Assembly (NCBI RefSeq): GCF_009834535.1
Contig: NC_045697.1
Coordinates: 9,426,001 to 9,490,000, forward strand
Direction of reading: 5' to 3'
Source of the DNA: Camelus ferus
Taxonomy: Eukaryota
Length of the DNA: 64,000 nt
Position numbers and translations under genes: made by a program. The notes under the pieces were generated by a model, which saw nothing but the letters and a program-made list of their open reading frames with translations, made no database searches and was not told the DNA's origin. Of the stretch, positions 50,874 through 63,530 are shown piece after piece (positions within the stretch are counted from its first letter, which is position 1; the number at the start of each line of letters is the position of its first letter).

Positions 50874-53020
50874 ACTACCAATCCTTTATGCTTCATTCAT
50901 TTACCACCTCCACTTTGAGACTCTCCCTAATCACCTCACCTGGAAGTAATTTCTTCTTTCTTTAAGACTCTTGAAACTTTCACTTTGTATTTTCCCTTTC
51001 CTTATATCACTTTAAATGTTAATTTCATCATATATGACAAGGTTCTTGGTGGGGTGGGGGACTCTGACCTCATGCCCATCTTGGCAATTCTCAGTGATAT
51101 CTGCCAGTGATATCTGCACATCCATGTCCTCTGCAGAGAAAATGTGATGAGCGCTTGGTAAAGGAAAACTGGAGATGCTTTTGGCACCATCTTAACGAGA
51201 TTTGTTCGTGGTATCCTGCATAGGCAAACAGACCACAGGCTGCTGACGGAAGGCAAAATCTGTGCCCATCCTTGGACAGTGGTTCAGGATTGGTAGGGAA
51301 GGCATTTTTAAGTGACACATGGGGTGTTGCCACTTAATGTCCTCTAGGGAACTTGTTCCTATTCCCTGGAAGGTAGGATATCACACTGGAAGAACCAGTT
51401 TACCTTTAAGGTCTAAAAGGAAACAGTCATTCATCAACTAGACCTTCAAACGCTAGCTAAAAAAGCCCACCCAGATTAAGCCTTTCCTGCCTCAAGTAAG
51501 GATTACTTAAGAACTACAGGTGAATCAATGGAGGTGAAGGTTGAGGAGATCAGAGGCTGAAGGATTCCTCAGAGTTGGGACAGGCATGTGTACTAGCTGG
51601 TATTAACCCATAGACTTTAAATTCAGCCTTAGATGGGATCCTTTGCTTTCTATCCATAGTCTCCCTGTTCAGACACCAGACTCCTAAGACTGTATACCTG
51701 TTTTCTACTCAGTTTTCTGATAGGTACCAAGTACCAGCTCTGCTGGATCCTCAGTTCTTGCCCCTCGTTGGGGAATTGAGTATTGCCCATGACCAGCTAA
51801 AGCATTAGAACTGCTACCTCAAAAGGACCTCACAGGAATCAGCAATATGTCCTTCTATATTTTGGAGTGAAGTCACCTACCCTGATTTTACCCTCCTGCT
51901 CTTATACTCCACTGTTATCTTGGATTATAACTGTGATTAAGACACTCCTTGGGTACCATGTCCAACCCCTTGAATTAAAACTTTTCACAACAACCTGATA
52001 CTGTGGGAAATGGAATTGTAGGATGAAATAGATTGGTTTTAAGAAGCTGTCATTAATTCTAGAATTGATCAACTTCCCTTTTTATGTTTCCATAGCAACA
52101 TGCCCATTTTATGTGTTGTACTCATCACAATTTTAATTATTGTTTAGTTATTGAGTAATTCCCCACTGTAATGGTCTCATGAGGTCTTGTTACTTTGTTC
52201 ATTGTTGTATGCCCAACTATTAACAGGGTTCATAGGTATAATAAAAAAGCAATTAATATTGTTTCAATAAGTAAATGGATAAATGAATGAATAAATGCAA
52301 AATGATCTGCTGAGTGAGATGGTTATAACACCAAGTCGGAACTACGCCAAGCTACATACTAAAAATTCTGGAGGATGTAATGTGTCTTGGTAGCCTCTAG
52401 TTTCTCCTTTGTAAGGAGGTTTTAAACATGATCTCTCAGTGACATCTGTCACCCCAAAAGAGGCTAAGATTCACTTAGCCTATTGAACTCACCTACTTTG
52501 GGTCAGAGTGAATGTGATCTTTTTTTAAGAGTTTGGAAACAATTTCTAGTCTAGGACCTCTAAATAAGCTAGAAAATTACATTTGTAGTAGAACATAAAA
52601 TTACCATGTTTCTAGCTTTGCTCAGCTTGGTTTCTATTTTGGGTCACAGGTTGTACTTGTCCCACACTACTTGTGTGGAAACAACTACTTCCAGCTTTAG
52701 AAAGACCTTAGGCTAGTCTTAATTAAGCATTTGCTCAAAATATAGACTGAGTCTCCATCATTTGATCTCCAAAAAAAAAAAAAAAAAAAAAAAAAACCAC
52801 TTTGCTTCCTTCCATCATGTTGGCTGTTGCTCTAACTGTTCATGAAAATGAAGAAGCTTTCTGCTATGGTGGCCAGAGAGGTTTATGTCTAGATTTTTTC
52901 TGCATAATCAGCTTTTCAGTCTTTGTTATGCCTTTGGAAATATTTCACCTCTCTCACATTTAAAACAATCTTTTAATTTTGAAATAATTTTAGACTAACA
53001 TAGAAGTTGCAAAATTAGTA

Positions 53021-53140
53021 CAAAAAGAATATGAAAACGAATATATGTATGTTTTTATATGACTGTATTGTACTGAACACCAGAAATTGACACAACATTG
53101 CAAACTGACCATACTTCAACAAAAAATATATTAAAAAAAA
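53021..53140 (+). mobile_element. Short camelid-type L1 3' tail
   Basis: aaaagaatatgaaaacgaatatatgtatg...caccagaaattgacacaacattgcaaactgaccatacttca plus A-rich tail. Confidence 0.85.
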
Positions 53141-53289
53141 GAAATGTCCTCTTCATTTAATTTCTTCCAATGATCACATCTTTCATAACCATGGTAGCAT
53201 TGGCACCAAACTACAGACCATATTCAGAATTTTCTAGTTTTCACATGCACTTGGATGTGTATGTGTGTTTCTGACAGTTCATAAGTTGT

Positions 53290-54600
53290 GCCATTTTGAA
53301 GTAGGGTTCCTTCTGGATATATGCCCGGGAGTGGGATTCCTGGGTCATATGGTAATTCTACTCCTAGTCTTTTGAGGAATCTCCATACTGTTTTCCACAG
53401 TGGCTGCACCAAACTGCATTCCCACCAGCAGTGAAGGAAGGTTCCCTTTTCTCCACAGCCTCTCCAGCATTTGTTATTTGTGGATTTTTGAATGATGGGC
53501 ATTCTGACTGGTGTGATATGATACCTCATTGTAGTTTTGATTCGCATTTCTCTGAAAATTAGTGATACTGAGCATTTTTTCATGTGCCTATTGATCATTT
53601 GTATGTCTTCCTTGGAGAATTGCTTGTTTAGGTCTCCTGTCCATTTTTGGATGGGTTTTTTTTTTCTTATTAAGTCATATGGGCTGCTTATATATTCTGG
53701 AGATCAAGCTTTGTCGGTTTCATTTGCAAAAATTTTTTCCCATTCTGTAGGTTGTCTTTTTGTTTTACTTATGGTTTCCTTTGCTGTGCAGAAGCTTGTG
53801 AGTTTCATTAGGTCCCATTTGTTTATTCTTGCTTTTATTTCTATTGCTTAAGTAGACTGTTCTAGGAGAACATTTTTGAGATGTATGTCAGATAATGTTT
53901 TGCCTATATTTTCTTCTAGGAGGTTTATTGTATCTTGTCTTACGTTTAAGTCTTTGATCCATTTTGAGTTTATTTTTGTGTATGAACCCTACTTCAAAAT
54001 GACATCTGAACCCCAGTGTTCATAGCAGCACTATTTACAATAGCCAAGACATGGAAACAGCCTAAATGTCCATTAACAAATGACTGGATAAAGAAGATGT
54101 GGTATATTCATACAATGGAATACTACTCAGCCATAAAAACTGACAACATAATGCTATTTGCAGTAACATGGACGCTCCTGGAGAATGTCATTCTAAATGA
54201 AGTAAGCCAGAAAAAGAAAGAAAAATACCATATGAGATCACTCATATGTGGAATCTTAAAAAAAAAGTATAAGTAAAAAAACAGAAATAGACTCATAGAC
54301 ATAGAATACAAACTTGTGGTTGCCAAGGGGGCAGGGGGTGGGAAGGGATAAACTGGGATTTCAAAATTGTAGAATAGATAAACAAAATTATACTGTATAG
54401 CACAGGGAAATATATACAAGATCTTTTATGGTAGCTCACAGAGAAAAAAATGTGACAATGAATATATATATGTTCATGTATAGCTGAAAAATTGTGCTCT
54501 ACACTGGAATTTGACACAACATTGTAAAATGATTATAAATCAATAAAAAAAGTTTAAAAAATGCTAGAAAATTCTTCCTGTAAAAAAGAAATAAAATAAA
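53290..54600 (+). mobile_element. Young camelid-type L1 with 5' inversion (twin priming)
   Basis: Minus segment 53290-53984 encodes ORF2 C-terminus ([18 protein letters not shown]); plus segment 53984-54600 encodes FIAALFTIAKTWKQPKCP then 3' UTR and tail; TSD ataagttgt at 53281-53289 and 54601-54609. Confidence 0.95.
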
Positions 54601-56252
54601 ATAAGTTGTTTAGATTTCTATAACCACCAGAACAGCCTAGATACAGAACAGTTCCTTCACCACATAGGAAATTACAAATGCTCCCCCTTGACAGTTATGC
54701 CCAACCCTGACAACCACTCATCTGTTCTCCATCTCTCTAATTTTGTCACATTACTAATGCTAAGTAAACAGAATCATACAGTACACAACACTTTTTGAGA
54801 CTGGTACTTTTCATTCAGTTTACTGTGCTTAACAGCCATCTAAGCTATTGCATGAATCTATAATTTTCTCCTTTTTATTGCTTAGTAGTATTCCATTTGT
54901 ATGGATTTATGACAGTTTGTTTAACCAGTCACCCTCTGAAGGACATTTAGGTTGTTTAAAGAATTTAACTGTTACAAATAAAGCTGCTATTTTTAATTTT
55001 TATAAATAAAGTTGAACATTTGTGACAAGGTTTACATGCAAAACTTTTCATTACTCTGTGGTTAATACTCTGAAGTGGAATTGGTAGGCCATATAAACAG
55101 CATATTCTTAACTTTATAAAGCACTGACAAACTGTTTCCAAGAAAGCTGCAGCATTTTGCATTCTCATCAGTAATGTATGAAAGATCAGATAATTCCTCA
55201 TCTTTAACATAACTTGGTATTATTATTTTTCTTTAATTTTAGCCATTTTAACAGCCCCATCTGTAAGTAGTCACTTTTTCAAGAATCTGAGATAAAATGC
55301 ATTTCCTTATTTGGCAAAGCATGTTACATGTGTATATTAGATGCGTATTTTATTAACATAGTAATAATTATATTATTAGAGATAATCATGGCAGAGAAAT
55401 GTAATGGTTTCATATCAGATATCATATGTATATCACAGACACTTTGTGAATGATAAAATATTATATAAATAAAAGAAGTGTTTGTTTAGCATTCTTTAGA
55501 AACCTTTAGGGAGAAATTAGAAGGTGACTGGATACAGTAGTCCCTAGTGACAAGGACGGGATAGGTTCTAATGTTGTCAACAATGAGAATTCATCAGGAA
55601 AGTAATACAACTAAAGTTAAGACTTTGGAAGATCCACACAGTGTCATTGTGGGGAATGAAATAAATGGAAAGGATGGTGGAGTAAAGACTAGATAGCAGC
55701 ATTAGAAAAACTTCATAAAAATTGTACAAATTGTAGAGGGAATAGAAAGGAAGAGAAAGAATCTGGTAGAGCATATTGTGAAAGAAGAACCTGTAAACAA
55801 CAGAATGATGAGGTTTAGGAGGATGCAGATGATTAAAACAGGAATAAAGTCAGAATTAAGCACAGGCCTAGTGTGAACAGAGGGGTTGTGACAAATAATA
55901 ACATCAACAGCATTAGGGACTCATGGCTGTGCTGGGTTTTACCTGGACTCCATAATCCTTACACCTGTCCCATGACACAGGGACAATCAACTGCATCTAC
56001 AGATAAAGAAACTGAAGGTCAAAGAGGTTAGGAGCTTGTCTGAGATCAAACTGTGAGCAGAATTTTGGTTCTGTCTGTGAAATAAGACACAAATAATATC
56101 AATATAATTGCTAAAATATTTAAATAAGATCATATCTATCAGGTTTTAAGGGCCATATAAACTTTATCTAGTATTATTTTATCATTAATTCTTCTCTAAA
56201 GGTTGAATTAACCAAAAAAAAAAAAACCAAGATATTAAAGATGGGCACATTT

Positions 56253-56371
56253 GGTGGGGAGAAGGAAGTAATTGGGTTAATTAATTTATTTTTAGGTGTG
56301 ATATTGGGGACTGAACCCAGGATCTCATGCATACTAAGCATGTGCTCTACCACTTGACCTATACCCTCCCC
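56253..56371 (-). mobile_element. tRNA-Ala(AGC)-derived SINE (camelid vic-1-like)
   Basis: Reverse complement ggggagggtataggtcaagtggtagagcacatgcttagtatgcatgagatcctgggttcagtcccc; perfect 15-nt TSD aagatgggcacattt at 56238-56252 and 56375-56389. Confidence 0.95.
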
Positions 56372-57059
56372 ATCAAGATGGGCACATTTTTTTTCCTATA
56401 GAAAATAGATATCATCACCTTTTAAATGTATTTTATATCCAAAGTAAAAGCTCTTTGGGTTTATTTCCATGATCTTTCATCAGAACCTTTAATCTAAAAA
56501 AATTAATATGATGTGGAGCTCAGAAATCTTTTAATTTTCCATCAATTATGCATGCATATAAATGTGCACATGAGCAAATATTGCAGACCAAAATAATATT
56601 TTATCCCCATTTTTCTAAAGAATGTCAAGAATGATAAATTTGAATATTTGTGGTAAACACTCAGCGAAATGTCAGAAACATTACTTTTGCAAGACATTGT
56701 CTCATTGTCAGCTCTTTGTAATCAGTTTAATTTTTATTGGGAAAAAGCAACAATCACAAATCAGCCTTCTTGTGTCCTTTGAATTCTTATGGCTGCAAAT
56801 AAGGCTTCCAGCCGCGTCAATTTCATTTTGCAAAGGCACCATGTTGAATCATTAATTACCTATGAAGGTACTGCATTCTCATCTTCTTATGGTAGGAAAA
56901 AAATATAAATCAGACTGGAACCTGGGGCTGTGAAGTAATTTTTTCTTAAAATGCCATCTGCCAGGTTCCACTTCAGAACATCCAGAAATCATTACAGGTG
57001 AGGGAAAGAGGGAAGAGGGAGGGCAGTGACGCATCAGACTGTCAGGGTGTCTCGTCTTA

Positions 57060-57560
57060 GCAGTCTGGGTTGTCACACCTTCGCCTGCCTTCACCAGCCC
57101 CCGCCCCCCACCTCGGATTAATGACACAGCCTCCTAACTCATCTCCCTGTCCTCAGTCTTACCTACCCATCAATCTGTGCAGTTAGGGCAGTCGCTTCAT
57201 AATGCCCATCCAACCATGCGTCTTCCCTGCTCATAATCTCTCAAAAGGCTTCCCATCCCTGTGAGAATGTCAGGAGTTCCTGTAAGAACAGCAAGCCACT
57301 CACACCCAACCCCCCATGCACCTCTACAGCCTCATCACCCAACACTATCCATCTGATAAACCATACTTCTACCCTGTTTAATTATCATAGTCACCTTATT
57401 CCTAATCTTATTGTTTTGGTAACCACTACTTGAGGCAAAGTTCAGTATGTGATTTACCTCCTCTAAGTACTCCATAACCTTCTCCCTGATCACCAGTCAC
57501 CGTTACTCATCCACCTCAGCCAGCAGACTGGACATGGTGCCCTACAAGCAGGTTTCAACA
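57060..57560 (+). mobile_element. L2 LINE fragment
   Basis: cagcctcctaactcatctccctgtcctcagtctt, ccctgctcataatctctcaaaaggcttcccat. Confidence 0.7.
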
Positions 57561-58265
57561 GTCTTCAACAATTATAACATGTTAAAGTTGTCTTTGCCTT
57601 TATTTCATCCTCTAATAGGTTATGAGAAAAGGAGCAAACACCATGTTATATTTGCCAGCATTGGTGCAGTCCCAGTATTACAGATGTGGTTGGCAGGGAA
57701 AGAAAAGTCATCTATGAAGGTATTTGAAATGAAAGGAAGAGAGAGGGGAGGAAGGGAAAGATGAAAGGAAGGAAGGAGCAATAAAGGATTGTGGTGTAGA
57801 GTGAAGTGCGATGGACGGGATGGCCAAGTTTTAAACTATTTGAGCATATATTTCTGCATCTGTAAAATAAGCTTTAAAGAATCCCTAGGGTTTATTTTAA
57901 TTTGAAAATTCTGATTCTGTGACTCAGGGTCAGCAGTCTGAGGGTGATTTTAGCAGCAGGAAAAGGCAGAATTTCTGGTGAAGCTGGACATCCTAGTCTT
58001 GGAGCTCAGGAACTGCCTGGACACACAGCCTTCATTTAATTCTTCCTAAGTACAAAAATCAGTAAAAATCTGCAAGCTAATGCTGGCATTCTGAATGCTC
58101 CACATTTGTCACTATTGTTATCACAACCCAACCACTTCCAGACCTTTTCAACTCTGCAAACAGTCTGAGCAACTGAGATCACACCTGGAGAAGACTGGAG
58201 CTCCCTTGGAGCTTGACCCTATGCCTTATTTATGCATTCCACAAATATTACTAGAATCTATTTGA

Positions 58266-58487
58266 TTTTTCTCCTTTTTTATATATAGTGGTTAAAACAA
58301 ATTTCTCCTGTATAGCACAGAGAACTACATTCAATATCTTGTAATAACGTTTAATGAAAAAGAGTATGAAAATGAATATATGTGTATGTATATGTGTGTG
58401 TGTATATGTACATGATTGAGACATTATGCTGTACACCAGAAACTGACACATTGTAACTGACTATACTTCAATTAAAACAAACAAACA
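58266..58487 (+). mobile_element. Short camelid-type L1 3' tail with a micro-inverted 5' end, inside an L2
   Basis: ctgtatagcacagagaactacattcaatatcttgtaataac...gctgtacaccagaaactgacacattgtaactgactatacttcaatt; TSD ag(a/c)atctatttga at 58253-58265 and 58488-58500. Confidence 0.9.
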
Positions 58488-58609
58488 AGCATCTATTTGA
58501 TAACTAGTACTATACTAAGCACTAAGGTATGATTAAGAATAAGACCTAATTTCTTCCATCTTAAAGCTTTAGTTTTGTAGTAACCACAGACACTAAACAA
58601 GTATATCTA

Positions 58610-59120
58610 TCTTGATGATTTTCACAACATGACAGAAAAACCCCAACTCAAACCTGATAAGCAGAAGAAAAATATTGGTTATGAAACTGAAGACCCTAGC
58701 AGAGGTCCACTTCAGGTATACATTGATCCAGGTACGCATAAAGAAGACACAGGCAAGAACACACACACACACACACACATCCCTTTCTTTTTATTCATTA
58801 TAAGATGGTGACTTTAGCTCCAGCCTCTACATCTTTCTTGATTTATGTCCACAAGAAAGAGAAAGCTACTACCCCAATAACATTTTATGGCCCCGAACTG
58901 AATTTCATTTAGTTACACTATCCTGATTTGAGTCTGAGAGAACAGTGGGGAAGAGTTCAATAAATGTCTTAGTCTAGGTCATGCAGGCCTACCCTGGAGG
59001 GAGCCTTGGGATGAAGTCAGATTCACCTAAGGCTCATGGGCTCTCAGAAACTAAATTGCAATTCTCCTGAAGCAAGAAGTTTCAGGAAAGTTGCCAGCAG
59101 GAAAACCCAACAATATGTAC
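58610..59120 (-). mobile_element. Old MaLR LTR (MLT1K/L-like)
   Basis: tgacagaaaaaccccaactcaaac, cttcaggtatacattgatccagg, ggtcatgcaggcctaccctgga. Confidence 0.45.
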
Positions 59121-59129
59121 TGCTAAAGT

Positions 59130-59520
59130 TTAAATGTTGGTAAGTCATATGAAAGAGACAAATTAATGTAGAAAATAAAATTGAAGAAAATACCTAACTT
59201 AGAGAGCTTAGCCTTCTTTGGGGAAAACTCCCCCAAAAAAGTGAGCTTTCAATGAGATAGCATCTGTCAAAGCACAAGAAGGAATCAACCATACGGAAAT
59301 TCCTGGGAACAGTATTCCAGGCAAAAGAAATAAAAACAAATGTCCTGAGTCTGAGAGGTTGCCCACTTCTGGACACTGTGAGGCCAGTGTGGCTGTACTG
59401 TGGTGAGACAGACAGGAAAGCAAAAGGTAAGATACGCAGGCAAGGGCTCGAGCAGGGAGGGCCTTGTGCCACTTAGGGGATTTTAATTGTATTCTAAATA
59501 TTGTAGGAAGCCACCCATGG
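59130..59520 (-). mobile_element. L2 LINE fragment
   Basis: gaacagtattccaggcaaaagaaa, gaggccagtgtggctg, tattctaaatattgtaggaagccac. Confidence 0.65.
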
Positions 59521-62289
59521 ATTTATTCCTCTTACTCCCCAGTTTTGCTGAGCCAATTATTCAACAAAGCACTATATTTTATTTATTCAATAAATAAATA
59601 GATTGGAGATGCCCAGAGTAGGCATGCTCTAGCCTTCGAGGAATCTTTACAGTCTAAAGAGTGGAAGAGAGACAAGGCGACAACACCATGGAGAAACAGA
59701 AAGAGAACCAGTTGTATCTGAGCTTCTTCCTGCTAGAAACTGCGCTAAGTATGTCATGCACGTTTCCACTGATTCTTACAGTCACTATGCAAGACAAACA
59801 TCATTTTTCAGAAAGAGGACATCCAAGTATCCACAAACTAAGGAACTGGTCTGAAGTCTTACCCAGAGATTAAGTGGTAGAGATGGGGTTTGAATTTAGA
59901 TCTGATTGACTCTCAATAATACAAGACCTTCTTTATGTCATAATTAGGTGGTCATTTACATATAGCTTCTGCTAGTTCCACAAAAATTCCACAGTGGATA
60001 GTATCTTTTCTTTAATGATAAAATCCATACAGACTCAAATAAATAAATATATCCCCAAGGTCACAGAGCAAGCACACAGCACAGCAAGATACCAAAAGCA
60101 GGGTCATCTGGGTCTAAAGCCAGTGTTCTCTCTGTCCCTCCACGCTGCTTCTAAGACCCATAAATAAAAAGTGCTTTGCTGATTCAGAAAAAAATAGAGT
60201 CCAGGTCCAGTTGAAGAATTAAGGGAGGCTCCTTGTTTGGGGAGCAATTTGCTGGTGAGACACTGAACGAACCTGTGTGGTCTGGTTGTGGGGGGTGGGA
60301 GGCAGTGTCTTTGACTATGAGGGGCTCAAGCAGTTTCTGCCACCCTCTCATCCCAGCAGGTCTTAAAGGACAGAAATTAAACACACACAGGCCAGCCCTC
60401 CTGGAAAGTCCCACACTGTCTGGGGCTCCCATCTCTTTGCAAGCCTCCTCTCCTTCCCTTCTGACTATCAGGGGAAATTCGCTTCCAGTGAACAGACAAA
60501 AGTACAAACCTGATAATTCTGACTTCACCAGTTAAACGCTGAACCAGTTCTCACAGTTTATTACTCTGTTGCCCCAGTTGCTCGCATCCCCCATGCCCGA
60601 GACACCCGTGGGTACCAAAGAGAGGAGAAGCTGGTGTGATGACCCAGGTGGCTTGTATTACCTCCTGTGGATTAGTGCTTTGAGGATGCTCCTTCTGGTC
60701 TCACTTCTCCATAGAGTGTGCTACTTCACTTGTGCTGAGCATCCAACATGGACCAAGGGCCCGGATGAGTGTCCCCCACCCCCGTGAACAGAACAATAGT
60801 CCCTGCCTACCTTCACAGGGCTTATAGTCACGGAGAGAGAAAACACCAAGAATCACAATTCAATGTGATTTTTATTATGTTTTATTTTTAGCAGGATGAG
60901 GTGTATTATAGCCATCGGTGCCCCTTAGAGGAATCTCAAGAGTATGCGCACTCACTCTTCTGGACTCTAAGTTGTCCAAACCCAGCCTTAAACCCTGTGC
61001 TTTCATCTCCACTTAAACTGCAGGGAACACGTGTCTCCTTTGAGGTTCGCTGAAAGTGCAAATTAAATGAAAACCTTTTCAATAAAGATTTATTAGCTTG
61101 AACTCAGAAAGTACATGTTACAAGGACAAATATTAATAAACTGCATACTACAGAAGAAGCACTTACAACAGGGAAAGGACGGACCAGGGGCCAGCATGCA
61201 GTCACACTCCCCTTGGTATAAAAGGGTAGCATTTATCCCTCCACAGAGAGATAATCACTATCAATAATTTAGTGTAGTGCTCACAAGAGAACTTCTTACC
61301 CATCAGCTTGGCTTCCAGCCTTTCTGTCCTGGGAACCCAGTCTGTATTTCCAGCAAATCTCACCACCACTTCACCCTTAGAGCTGCTTCTCCGGGCTCCC
61401 TAGCAATTTCCACATCTCCTACCCAGACTGCCGTATCCTACCTTTCCCAAAAATGCATTGTTCTATGATTGAATTAGAACAGCACCCACTCTGCAAACTG
61501 TGCTCTGAAATTCTACAGGCAGAACTGATGGGTCTTGCTTTTGTGATCTTGAACCAGCTTCTTAGGCTGCTAACAGGACACTTATCTTATCAAATTAGAG
61601 CCCAGATGATGTACACATGTCCTTCACTGTCCGTGAACCCTCTATACCTTTAACATATAGCACAGTGACTTGCCTCACTCCTAGTAGATACGCAAGCCAA
61701 GGATTGATTTCATAATGATAAGACAGTATCTTATAATCTATTAGATCATGGATTCAACAGAAGTTCACATTGCATAACAGCAGCTTCACCAAGGATAGTA
61801 AGTACAAAGGAAAACATAAAATGAAGCAATTGGACGGGCACGCTTGTCTAAGTGGATACAGTTGTTTGAGAAGTTCCCATAGGAAGCCTCATGGGCCATC
61901 TTTTCTCCATCTATACCATGTTTGAAGGTCAACTTCTCAGTATTAAGCAAATTATAAATAACAAAAAATATGTATATATACCAGCATAAAAACTGAGCCA
62001 TGTGATTTTGGTACTAAAAATATCTTTATCACAAATGTAGTATATGTTCATTGTAGGAAATTTAGAAGATGGAGAAAAATGAAGAGAAAAAAAAGCATTA
62101 ATCCCTCCGCAGACAGATAACCACTATTAATAACTGAGTGTACACGCTCTGTGTTTTGCTGGTATGTAGTATCTAAAATATGTACTCTATCTTTATCCTT
62201 CCTTCTTCTTCTCTTCTTTCTCCACCCTCCTTTCCTTCCACCTTTCCTCTCTTTCATCCCTTTTTCTCTCTTTGTAAATATTTATATAG

Positions 62290-62575
62290 GCAGTTCTCCA
62301 AAGTATAAGATGCCAAATTGTGTATACAGTGTCCCCCCTTTTGTGTAAGGACCAGAGAGAATATGACTATATATTTGTTTTTGCTTATATTTTCATAAAG
62401 GATCTAGGAGCATACATAATAAAGTTGTAAAAGCGGTTTCCAGGTGGGGAGAGCTGGGGAAAACGAGGTGGATGTGGACAAAATTGGACGCAAAACGTCT
62501 TCCTTTGCACTGAGTATCAGCTCATACATCATTCTTGCTTTTGCGTCAGATGACTGTATCACTAAATAAAAATAA
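62290..62575 (+). mobile_element. Ancient L1 3' UTR fragment (L1MC/ME-type)
   Basis: aagatgccaaattgtgtatacagtg...ttttgtgtaa, tctaggagcatacataataaagttgtaaaagcggtt, ends tgtatcactaaataaaaataa. Confidence 0.5.
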
Positions 62576-62581
62576 TAATCA

Positions 62582-63068
62582 TGGCAGGTCACACATGCCC
62601 TCTTGTAAGGCGCCCTTGTGACTCCCCACCTAGAGGAGAGCCTGTTTCCCCTGTCCTCTCCGTCCTTTTGAATTCAGGGACTCTGTGAGTGCTTGTCCAA
62701 CAGAGTGTCATGGAAGTGATGCTGTGTTAGTACCGGATAGAATCAATTGGCCCAGAAGCTTCCACTTCTTGCCACTGGAGAGCTGGCAGTCAAGTAAAAG
62801 TGCAACTACCACTCATCCACCATGCTCGGAGAAGCTGAAGCCTGGTGAAGAAGCCAAGAAGTGTCAGGACCCCAGATATCTGAGTAAAGAAACCCCTGGG
62901 TGTCCAGCTGGGACATACCCTCAGCTACAATCTCACTACAGCTGCAAGGCAGACGCCAGGTGAGTGTTGTCCAGTCAACCTGCGGAAGCTGTGAGTCACA
63001 ATCATGCATTTTATTTTAAGAAAGTCCTTCTGGGATGGGATGGCATGTAGCAATAGGTAATCTGAGCA
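62582..63068 (+). mobile_element. MaLR solo LTR, MLT1G/H-like
   Basis: ggaagtgatgctgtg, agcttccacttcttgcc, ccaccatgct, ccagtcaacctgcggaagctgtgag, gtagcaataggtaatctgagca end. Confidence 0.7.
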
Positions 63069-63119
63069 GAAATAGCACCATTTAGGTCAACAAGTATTCA
63101 CCATTCACCAATCCTGCAG

Positions 63120-63347
63120 GGAAAAGGTTGAGAATTTACATTTTAGGGCTGGGCTGCCTGCACTCAAATCCTGCCTACCACTCTCCTCTCTGTGTGACTT
63201 TAGACAAATTTCTTCACCTTTCTGTGCCTTCATTTTCTATAAAATGGGGAGAGTTAAACATACCTTGAAAAGATGGTATGAAAATTTAGTAATATCCAAA
63301 ATAACACCTGACACATAGAAAGTGTTCATTAAATATGAGCTATTATT
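63120..63347 (+). mobile_element. MIR SINE
   Basis: ctgtgtgactttagacaaatttcttcacctttctgtgccttcattttctataaaatgggg...cctgacacatagaaagtgttcattaaatatgagctatta. Confidence 0.8.
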
Positions 63348-63471
63348 ACATGCAAAGAATTGTGAAAAGTTTTGTCAGTTTATTTCTTAATAGTTATTTC
63401 CTAATAGTAATCTATTCCTTGAGTAAGTAATAGGCATTAGGCATTATTCCTGAAAATGCTGTAATGGAGAT

Positions 63472-63530
63472 TATATATATATATTATATATATATATAAA
63501 TATTACACATATACACACATATATATATTA
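63472..63530. repeat. Imperfect (TA)n/(CA)n microsatellite
   Basis: Directly visible. Confidence 0.85.

Larger units (their letters stand above)
52970..55255 (-). mobile_element. Old L1 (L1MB/MC-type) 3' end acting as host for two younger L1 insertions
   Basis: ttttaattttgaaataattttagact...gaagttgcaaaattagtaca, continues at 53141-53289 and 54601-55255 (ccctgacaaccactcatctgttctccatctct, aaataaagctgcta, ttttgcattctcatcagtaatgtatg). Confidence 0.8.

Noticed and set aside
53224..54276. ORFs 53224-53598(-) and 54016-54276(+) as protein-coding genes
   Set aside because: They are the L1 ORF2p C-terminus split by the inversion; no full ORF2, ORF1 or promoter is present.
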